64,000 nt of DNA, from positions 17,116,848 to 17,180,847 of the forward strand of contig CM120643.1 in the NCBI GenBank assembly GCA_051362555.1, written 5' to 3'. Numbering within the stretch: position 1 is the first letter of the stretch; every line of letters starts with the position of its first letter. Position numbers and translations under genes: made by a program. Below the pieces are notes generated by a model. It did no database searches. It had not been told where the DNA came from and saw only the letters and a list, made by a program, of their open reading frames with translations. Shown piece after piece: positions 1-11,470 of this stretch. This DNA is from Lingula anatina (taxonomy: Eukaryota; Animalia; Brachiopoda).

Positions 1-230
1 AGTTGGGACCACTTTTTGAATATTTTTTGTGACACCAACTTATTAGACAATTCCTTTGCCTTATATAGTAAAAATTAAAATATTACTATTTTTAAAAAGT
101 CACACTTCTTCACTTGATGCAGCTAGGACAAATAGGACTAATTTAATATACTAAAGTAATTTGATGGATACAGGTTGGTAAAGGGGGAGGCACTATTTAC
201 CCCGGTACAACTGTCTGTATTTTTTTGCAG

Positions 231-3200
231 ATTTACTGCTTTGTTAGGCAAATTTGCATCTCTAAAGAATGCGCTGATAAAGTGAGGAGAGGAGAACTTT
301 CTGCCAATTGTGGAAACAACAAAATGGCTCAAGGAAACAAGAACAAGGGGCTGTGGAACATAATGTCCTTCATGGTGGAAAGTCTGGGAAGGTAGGCCAT
401 AGAAAAATTGAGGAAAGACTTACTAAAGCTTGTGGTCTTTAAGTAATAATACTACCATGTTTTCAAATGCAGTTAAGGGTAAATTGATTCTGATGCTAGG
501 ATGTAAATATGATGTTCTGTTTTAAACTTGACAAAATGTCATTTCTTTTATGAATCATAAGAAGGTTTATCATTTCGTTAATTTTTACATCTCTGCATGG
601 CACTCAGAAATATTAAATATGAGCCTTTAGTTTGCATTAATTTTCCTAAACTTCTAAAATTCAATTACAATGCAAAATTTTAGATCACATTCCTTAATAG
701 GTAAAGATAGAAGATTAAAACTACAATTTTCTATTGTTTATTTATAAGAAAAAATCAAGGTGGCAGGGGCTCCTCCAGTACATATAAGACACCCAGTAAC
801 ATCAGAGGTGGTTCGTTTTTGGATGAAGTAATGAGATCTCTGCCAATTAGATTTGAACCTAAACAACCCGAGAAGGTAGAAGCCACAATGTTTGCTGAGT
901 TGGACAAAGATCGTTATGGTTCGTCAGCTCCTTGCAGCAAGAGAGATGATGCTGATGACAACATGGATTTTGAGGAGTGAGTTATTTTTAAAAGCTATTT
1001 ATAATTATAAAAATTGTTAAATGCTGATGGATCTTAACCATGTAGTCTGCATTCATCAAAGGTTTCTTATCTAACTTATTTATTTCCCTTTGTGTTGCCA
1101 CTGTTCTCACCACTGTCAATAAAATAGTGTCTAGACAATTAATTAATAGAAGCTGATATAAGGATTTTGCTTTAAAACCATTGACATTGGTGAGAACAGC
1201 GTTTATATAAGAGCCAGTTTTATTGTGGTCTAATCATATGTAAATTTATGCTTAAGTTTTTAAGAACCTCTGAAATGTAAGGTTTGCTATTATGAAAGTT
1301 GATCTGCTGTTCTGAGAACTAAGGGTTTGCTGTAACTATGAAGGATTCTCACTTACCAGTCCTCTAGCTATTAAGGAAGTGCATGCACCCTTCAGTTTTT
1401 TCTTCTTTGAGTGTGGACTGTATTTCAGAAATAGTGAACCTTCGTAATATTGTAACGATTTTACATAGCTTTAATTCATGGTAAAATTACTGCAGTAAGC
1501 TATAGCCTTTTGTTGACATTCGGCCAGTGTGTTGTTGAACTTTGAACCTTGAATGGCTTGTAAGTGGTATCAGTTTACTAAAGAGGGGATTGTGGTGTCC
1601 AGTAGAGGGGTTGGCGGTCAACCATTCAAGGCCGTCCACTTTTCCTCTGCCTGCCAGTCAAAGTAGCAGTGAACCATTCAAGGCCGTCCACTTTTGAAAT
1701 GTATAAATACAGCTGCTCTACGCAGTGTTGGCCAGTTCAGTTAGAGTATAGTGGCAGTACTCAGTTAGAGTATAGTGTCAGACTTAGTTTCACAACTTAG
1801 TTTGAGTCAGTTTCACAATATAGTTCCAGTTAGTTTATTGTAGTTGAGTTGCAGTTGTTTAAGTTAGAAGTACAGCAGTACAGCAAGATAACCAGAGACA
1901 GTGTTCAGTAAAAGATACAGAAACATGTACATTTGTGTTGAGAATTGTTCTTAGAAATAAAGATTTACAAAACAGAAACCTGTTTTGTTGGTGGCAGCAA
2001 TTCCGTTCCTTTAAAAGAACAAGAACCGTACACTGGAGGCAGAATAGCGGAGACCTTTACAATATTGAACCTTCAGAAAAGCAAACCTGGGAATAGCAAA
2101 CCTTTTTTATAAAGAAGTGCACCCATTAAGTTTAACCCATTTCTAACCTATCCTGTTAATTTCATTAAAATCAATATATAACTTTTTGAGTGCTTGATGA
2201 CAAACAAACAAAAAAAATAATAATAAAATAAATAAGTATATAAATAAATAAATTCAGACAGACATACAGGCAGATCAACAAATAGGGAGGTGAAAATGTA
2301 ACCTCCTTGGAAACTTAAGGTAAAAAATGACTTCAAATGTTAGTTAAGGTCACTGAAATGCAATAACAATGGGTACTATAATTTTACCTCTATTGATGTG
2401 TTATTAATGTTCCAGATTGGTACAGGACTTTTTGGGCGGCCGAGGTTCACAAATGGCCAATGGCAGTCATTTTGGACCTCATGGCAATGGTAGCCATCTT
2501 GGACCCCATGGTAATGGCAGCCATTTTGGACTACATGGCATGAGAGATGACAATAGGTACGGCTATGGACGTGGTGATTATGGCATGAGGGAGGAAGTAT
2601 GTGAAATAAGGGAAACCTCACAGACATCTGAGTGCTGTGATGACGAGGTGAGTGCTTTGCCTGTTTTTATCACAGTGTACAAAAAAATAAATATACAATA
2701 CTAGTAGCTGTGTCTTGCATCCCACCAAAGGCTGTCTTTTCCTATTACAAAAATACAAATGCTGGCTATAATAACTTGCATGGTTATAGCTTGCTTGGAC
2801 ATAAATGTGTTTTCCAAATACAAAAACCTTTTCAAGGAGTTGAATGAATCTATCACCAATTGGTGCCTTAATTTGTTAATTAGGGTTAAATCTTTGTTGA
2901 GCTAGTTGGTAATTTTTTTCACCGTGACCTACTTTTCAAGGTCAAATAAGTCATCTTGGATCACAAGTAATGAGTTTAAACACGTAATGGAGTCAAACTT
3001 AAGGTACAATAATTATGAGATTAATTTATTATCACAGTGACTATAAATTTATAGGAGATATTCATAATTATTACTTTTTAAAGATCAAGAATTGTTCATT
3101 CTATTTTTACATTTTCTTAATACATGTAGTAATTAAATGAATGACTTCATTCAAAATAGCATCATATAATACAATTTAACATAAAGATATCTATATGAAT

Positions 3201-3344
3201 TTGACCTTTTTAGCAGCATACTAGTAATTCATGGTTAACTTGACCTTGATCTAAACTTCGCGTTTCAGGTCCTTTGTGTGGCAAGTGGGCATTGTATACC
3301 AAAGCAATGCAATGCAGGACCTACCCCAACAGACCCTCCTGATG
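231..3344 (+). CDS. Exons 1-4 in window: low-complexity and Cys-containing N-proximal region with 3 x NGSH(F/L)G(P/L)HG
   Basis: Exons 231-391, 749-976, 2416-2647, 3269-3344 join in frame (IYCFVRQICISKEC..., ...NGSHFGPHGNGSHLGPHGNGSHFGLHG..., ...ECCDDEVLCVASGHCIPKQC). Confidence 0.8.
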
Positions 3345-4813
3345 GTATGTGTCTAAAATGTTAAAAGAAAATGGATGTATTTGTCATCCATTTTCTTTGT
3401 ACAATGTGTTCCATTCAGGATGATAATTATTTGACAGTGTGTAAAAGGACACTTATTTTCTCCTGAATTTGAGTGCCACTGGTAAACAAACAACAAGAGT
3501 ATATAGTTATCCCCACCCCCCACGCCATCATATGCAGTATATAGCTGCTAATGAATACCAGTATTCATTTGTACTACATACATTCATTAACATACTCTTA
3601 ATTACTGCATTTATACAACATTTTTCCCTAATGTTTGTAAACGTTTTCTGTGAAAATAAAAGCAAAGTTGGATCTATATCATTGCTTGAATGCAGATGAA
3701 TCAAACAGGTGTCAATATTTTTTCAGAATTCCGTGAAGGTGTGTGCCCAAACCCAGATGGCAATGCAGATATGGGTGTGTCCGATTTGATCTACACCATG
3801 AAGAACTATTTTGACAACAATCCATCCACCCAGGAATTTACTCGACTGCTTGAAACAATGTCCGACTCTGATTTTCAGCGTTACCAATTCCTGGTGTCTC
3901 TCACCAGCCACAAGGATATTCCAGACAAGAGTGTTTTCATGTAAATATTACTGTCATTTAAACCCCCTTTACACTGGACAGCATCCTTTCTGGGTCCCAC
4001 ATATTTTGGCCCTGTTTGAGAATACATAATAAAAAAAAAAACTTCACATGCCGACAGTAGGACAATCATTGAGTATTCATTCTGCAACCAAAACGATGCT
4101 TGTGCCTCCTTTTTAGGACCACATCGATGCCAGTTTCGATATGCATGGTCACACAAAGGAAACAGAAAGGATGCCATCCAGTGTAAAGGGGGTTTTATTA
4201 AACAAAGGTGGATTCATAGGGGTTGGGGGTACAGACAGTGTTACAAGACAAAAGTTATTATTACCTGTGGCTGTACATATGGATATTTAAATTAAAATTT
4301 ACCTGAACTTTTTTTTTTTTTGAAACTTCATCCCTGTGCAGCTGTCCCTTAGCAAGATACTTGATAGAAAAACATGCTGGTGCTGAGCTCCCCAGAGGGC
4401 AAGTTATGTTGTTTAACGTTGAAACAACGCTGAACCATAACGTTGATAATACGTTGGATTAACATTGGATTTGAAAGTTGACTCAACCTCAGATAACAAC
4501 GTTGTATCAACATCAGATAACAACATTGTATCAACCCCAGTTGTTAGACAACATTCTTGCATGAAAAGTCATTAAAATGACCTGAAATGTTTTTATTTTT
4601 TGTACAAAACACAGGTACACAATTATAAAGTACACTGTAAAAACATCCAAGTGCCTGCTTTGTCTGATTTTTTCAACGCATTTAGCTCCAAAGCATGTTT
4701 TGCACCTAAGCATGGTACACCCTTTTAGCCTGGATGTGTTTAGAAGTAGGACATGTTTGATGGCTAAATATATGTAGGGTATATATGTATGGCCTCTAAG
4801 TTAAAATTTCCAA

Positions 4814-4888
<75 letters not shown>

Positions 4889-7800
4889 CAAAGTCACAGT
4901 CACCTCAACCTGTCTATCTATAACAGGGTACCAAGAACTGTCAACTTTATTAACTTCATCCATCACATTTACAGCAAAGTATTCATCCTAGTACGTGTTA
5001 GCTGACCTTGCAAGGAATTCAGTTTATTGGAATGTATTTCTGAATAACAAGTTAAGAAAATTCATTAGTTCACTAAAGACACAAAATAACTGTCACTTTT
5101 ACTTTAAACACTTTTTTATTATTTTGATGAAGTTAGTTACAGTATTGATAAACAAAGTATCACGTTTTCAACAATTAATATTTTAAATTACAATCCATGT
5201 CTGCAAGGTTGTGTCAATGACCAAAATACAACGTTGAGTCAACGTCACATTATGACGGTGTTTCGACGTGGCTGGATCAACGTTGATTTTACGATGAATT
5301 TAGGTAGATTTCAACGTTGATCCAACGCGACTATGCCTGCTGGGTCAGTGCTTTGAAATAATTTAAGGAATAAAATATGGTTTAACTGGTTTGATAATTT
5401 CCAAGTCAAGCTCTAAACTATGTTTATCTACATCTTAACTATCCTACCCACTCATACAGCAATGTGCTGACCTTAGTAAACAGAGAAAGTTGAGCATTAT
5501 ATCAAAACAAAAAAAGGTCTACAATTAATTCACGTAGTATAATAAGATGACTGTTATTACTCCTTTGCAGAAACATGTTGACAACAGGGCGGATGACAGT
5601 GCAGGAAATTACGCAAGATGTTGAAAGACTGGTGATAGCGGCAGAGTTTAATGCTCAGCAAGATCCTGTGACAGCTGAGTTGATGTATGGTTTGTTAAAC
5701 TTCATGTCAACGAGGCCATCGGATCAGATGTTTCTGGATGTTCTGGACGGCATGGATGATGCCATGTGGGAAAAGTACAGATCTGTGTACTCTGTTGTTG
5801 GAATTCAGCTCCCAGATAAAGCCACCTACAGGTATAAATTTGGCATGATCTTTTATTTTTCATTGTGGCAATGCTTTCTATAAGTGATTGCACTGGATGG
5901 TGTCAACAGAAAGCATCCTTAGAATTTTGCTGTAAACTCACCTCTGTCACAGTGCACTATCAGCATGCATCCAACATTTATACTGTAAACTGTTACTAAA
6001 AATTAAGAAATGAGCAAAACTTGTCACCATTTTGATGCTCCTTTAAAATCTCCTCTGGAAAACTAATCACAATGCAAATGATATCAGGCCAAAACTCACT
6101 CACTCCCCCCTCAGTAATGGACCAAATCAAAATGAACATAAAAGTCTTTAAAAATCCATTTTATGTTCAGCAGACTTTACAAGATGAAAATATATTTTTT
6201 AAGACATAATTATATAAAAAAGAAACATAAAGGGTAGAAAAAAGAAAAGTGATTAAGAATATATAACGCTGAACAAAATTTAATACCAAAATTCTGTTGT
6301 CTTGAATTATGAGCTACTGAATGATTTTAAAAGTAATGTTGTTTAAAAAGGTATGTACAAATTTTTTTGGGGGATGCTCAATTTTCCTTAGATAGATGGG
6401 TAATTTATGTCATTTGGCAGGATCTGCTTTTTATTTTATCAGCCTTGAAGGACAAGCCTTAAAGTGGTAACTGCAACAATAATTCAATCCTTTTTTATTT
6501 CAGTAACATGATTCGCCGTGGTGATGTAAGGATGCAAGATATTAAGTCTTCACTGAGCACTCTTGTGAATTATGCAGTAAGTTCAGCAGGAGGCTTCAGT
6601 GGTACCAGTGGTTTCTCTGGAAACAGTGGTTTTCCTGGTGACAGTGGTTTCACTGGTGACAGTGGTTTCACTGGAAACAGTGGTTTCCCTGGTGACAGTG
6701 GTTTCACTGGTGACAGTGGTTTTACCGGTGACAGTGGTTTCCCTGGTGACAGCGGCTTTACTGGTGATAGTGGTTTCACTGGTGACAGAGGCTTTACTGG
6801 TGACAGTGGCTTTACTGGTGACAGTGGTTTCACTGGTGACAGAGGCTTTACTGGTGACAGTGGCTTTACCGGTGACAGTGGTTTCCCTGGTGACAGTGGT
6901 TTTACCGGTGATAGTGGTTTCAGTGGTACCAGTGGTTTCACTGGTGACAGTGGTTTCAGCGGTACCAGTGGTTTCGGTGGTTTCAATGGTTTTGGCGGTC
7001 GTAAAAAGAGGCAGCTAACACTCCCTACATTTGGCAATGGAGGAGGTAGTGGTCTCCTTGGTGACAGTGGAGCACAGGGTTTTACTGTAGCTGACTTTGT
7101 GAGCCTGCTGAACAGCCTAGACTCTCAAACTTGGGAAACCATAAAAAGCGCCTTCAATTTACTGGGTTTGAACATCGTTGATAAAGCATCTTTCATTTCA
7201 TCTCTGGAAAGTGGCCAAGTAGATCTGCAAACTGTGATGAGCAGCATTCCAACATCTGTTTTAAGTGGCTTCACTGGTTTCAGTGGCTCTTCTGGTTTCA
7301 GCGGTCTTGACGGCAGTTTTGGCACCACCAGTGTCCTGTCTGTGTTTGGGGTCTCCAGGTCCTCACAGTCAAACTCTTCTCACTCCGGGTCAGGAAGCAG
7401 TGGCAGTTCAGGATCCAGTGGTGGATCAGGCTACAGTGGTTCATCTGGGAGTGGTGCAGCAGCCACTTGTGCTGATTCCCCATGCTCCAGAAATACAGAT
7501 TGTGTGCTGGATTACATGATGTGCTGTAGTGGCTGCTGTGTGGTGCCAGACATTGGAGCAACTGATTTTGATGGTGAGTTGTATTTATAATAGCTAATTC
7601 AGCATAATTCAGTACCTGTGGATGTCACCTGCATATGTTGTCATTGCCATGCACTTTCCACAGTTAAAGTAATTAACAGATAGCCATGTGCCTCAATTTA
7701 TTATCCTCAACTTTACTGGAGTGTTTTAAAGCATTTCAGTACAGTTCACATTCATAAAGCAGCTTTTTGTGCCATATTTCTTTAAGATGTTCATGCTTTG

Positions 7801-10800
7801 TGAAGATTTCATTTTCTACACTACACATTCGCATTTTTAAGGTGTGACTTTTTGAAATTCCATGGGTTTAAAGCCCTGTGCAATTTGCAATTTCTGAATG
7901 TCCACAGCAACATTGGTACATATAAAAAATTGGATGGTAATGATGCTTTTAATCATAATTATAAAATATGATTTCATGTCAAAATTGACAAACCCCCAAT
8001 AACTGTGCTGCCTTCATTATTGTCTGCTATATGCCTGCACATTTGGAAGCTTTGCTGCCTATGTGTATTAGCTGGTTTGGAGATCATGAACATGAACAAT
8101 TTTTGGCCAAGATGTTTATTAAGTCAGTTTCATTTCTGCCAGTGTTATCCTTTATCTACTTTCACTTTCTTTCATTCCTGGTTGTGGGGACATCCATGAC
8201 TATAAGACCCATTTCTATTTTATAGTTGGAAGTGAAGTAATTCATGCCATAGCTGATGCAGTGGATCCAGTTTTTAGTGCCTCACCAGATTACCAAGGGT
8301 TCGATGTTGGTCTGATGCTGGAACTTCTTCAAGGGGATCAAGTTCGACTTGTATTGCCTGAAAATAGCACTCAACCAGGCAACTGGCAATACTCATCTGA
8401 CCATGGTAACTTTATTTTTGTGATGGCATGTAAAAACCTTCCATTTATTTTAAATGTCCAAGATGGTTTAAGATATGATAGATTGGTACATAAATTAAAA
8501 GTTTAAAAAAAGAATGAAAGAAAGAACTCAAATTAGGTCATGGTGATACATTTCAGGGTATACAACCTTAATTAATGGCTTCAGTTGGTGTAAGTTGATT
8601 GAGCAATTGAATTGGTCTTTATTACATTGATAAAAAGACCATATAACTGATCTTTCTTACTTTAGGTCACACCTGGAACACAGTACAAGATGGTTTCCAA
8701 ATGTCGTCAGACAACAGACTGAAGTTTGTTCCTGAGAACGACACACATGGACTGGCCACCATTGGAGTTCAGGCATTGGATACAAATGGTCAAGGTACAG
8801 TGATGTTTAAAATGGTACATGCAATTGTTAGTCAGATTCACCACCAATAATCAAAGGTGGATGTCCTGCTTGAGCTCATTTAGGTTGGGTTGTTTGGGAC
8901 CCATGTTAAGTCAAATTTGTGTGAACTTGGGCTTGGGTTTTACAGACTAGCTATACCGGTATATATCTCTCTCTGGACAACCAAGAAGCTTGTTTGGTTT
9001 AATAACCTAATACTGTTTTGAAAACCTTGTGATGAATGTGCATATATGCATAACATTTGCTTCAGTTAATTGAATCTTTCTGTGCTTGCGTTCAGTTGTG
9101 GCAAACCACAGTCTGGCACAGATCATCTTGCCAGTGAAACACAAGCCTGTTTTGACTCCCGTTAGACTAGGACAGGATGTTGTCTTATCTCTGTCAGAAG
9201 ACCAGACAGATCAAGTGTATAACATGTGGGACTATTTCACTCTAAGCCATCCTGATGCTAATGACACAAAAATAAGTAAGTTCCTTTACCTGAGATCTGC
9301 TGTGCTTTCACAAACATATTGACAAATGTAGTTTTAATTAACAAACTAGGCAACTAAATTTGGCCATTACATAGAATATGGTATGAAATTAAGCTGCAAA
9401 GTATAAACTTGTACTGTTATACCTGTAGTTTCAGAGCAACCTGAATTTCAGTGTAAATCAATATACTTTCTTTCTATTTCAGATTTCCCACTAAAGCATG
9501 TATTACGCTACATCAACAACCGCAACCTTCCATTCTACATTAAGCAGATGAATGAGCATTACAACAGCATGTATCAGTCCATGATGGAGGAGCGCAGGGC
9601 TCTGAAGACCAAACCTCTGGGAGTGCTGGTCAAGTATGAACATCCACCAACAACAACTGATGACATTGCAGGTCAGCTTCTTTATTCATAACTATATATA
9701 GCCCCTGCCAGTTTGTCACTATTGTGTATAGCTAGTGCTTATAATCTGGTTCCTATTAAGAAAATTTTAAAATGTGCAGCAATATATTACTTTGGAATTG
9801 TGAAGGTTTTTGACTAATTTGACTTATATGCATATTTAACGTTGTTGTATATTAAGTCAAAGTGACACTTGGTCAAAGTTCTGGCTGTGCATTGAAAAAA
9901 TGAATAGGGAACATGTAAAGACTTGATATACTCAAACATTTGCCAAGTGTCTATAATTTGTATTCAGGAACATATTGTACATGCATTGAATAATTCTGTC
10001 AAAATGTTAATTATCCAGTTGTGATGTTCAGAAGGCAAAAATATTAAATCTTATACTGGATACTCACTTAGATCTGCTAGATACTCAGTATTATGCAGGG
10101 ACTGTGCATTACATCTAGCAGATTTAAGTAACTGTCCAATATGAGATTTAATATTTTTGCCTTTTGAACATTGAATAATTCTGTTTGAATTATTCATATC
10201 ACTACAATTTCACATCTCAGTAAAATATAAGGGCAGAAGCATTAGCTACTCATTTAAAACAGTGTTTGAATTATGTACTGGTGACCATTATTGGTTTGAA
10301 GAGCATGGAAAGACAAAAAAAAAGTGAAAAAACCCTTTTCTCAAATAATTTCAGAATCCAGTACTGTCTCTTGAGCCTTTTTTTTGGCAAAATCTCATGA
10401 ATTTTTTGATTTATTCAAGGTGATTTTGTGTACATCAAGGGGAATCAGCGCAGAGAAGTAATGTTTAACCTAGGTTTCTATGAAGTCAGCCATGAAGATT
10501 GGGCTGATTATATGATGCATACCAATCAGAATGCTTATAGCTTCATGAACAACATGGTCAGACTCGGCTTGATGCCATCGACTGCTAACGCAGGGGTGAA
10601 CTTTCCCTCGCCAAGTGACTTAAGGAAATGGGCAGCCTGGGGCTACATCAGGCCTGATGAATACGGTGACTACGTGCTGAGCACAGATGTGAACCAATTT
10701 GCGTTTGTGCCGACTAAAGACTGGGCAGGTAGCTTCCGCCTTATCCTACAGCCCTGGGATGGTACTGACTTAGGTGACAATAGTTTTGGAGATGGACAAT

Positions 10801-11419
10801 ATCTTACAATACAGGTTGTTATTATTAATATATCTGAATTTTCTTTGTATATGTTTTTCATAATTTATTTTATAAGCAATCTATAATGTATTTATAATAT
10901 AATGTACATTACAAAACAATATTTGAAAGGTTAAATTGTAGTTACTATGATTCGTTTTATGCTATATTATATTACATTTTTCATAATGTCAAATTTAGAA
11001 TAAAATCTTAATCTGTCACATATTATATACACATCCTAATTTCTCAATATTTTTGTATACTGTATTATAGTTCATAATGGCACAATATAAAAATATGTTC
11101 TGTATAAATATATTAATTCACAGGAGAAAAATAAACCAATTAACAGTCCATATTTTTGTACATACTAGGTCAATCCAGCCAATGATGCACCTCAGGTCAG
11201 TTTTGACTCTGACAAAGACACGTTGTCTCTCACGGACAGAGAGTTCAGGAACTTCCTACTGCCACACATGCCCTATGACATCAACAGTAACGATGGTTTT
11301 CTTGCCAGTGAATTGGTGAACAGATTCTGGGCGGATCAGGACAGCCCCTCCCTGGGTCTGGCCATACTGAAAGCACAGGATTCTGATATTGGTTAGTTAC
11401 AAGATATGTACTGGTTATG

Positions 11420-11470
<51 letters not shown>

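Noticed and set aside
6592-6969. Regular short repeats as a possible CRISPR array
   Set aside because: No unique spacers, codon-structured variation, located inside a spliced eukaryotic exon, and no cas genes.
6570-7037. Minus-strand 155-aa ORF of (KPLSPV)n and the alternative-frame plus ORF 6599-7018 (VTVVSL)n
   Set aside because: Shadows of the 18-bp coding repeat. The GFTGDS frame is the one that splices in phase with the flanking exons.
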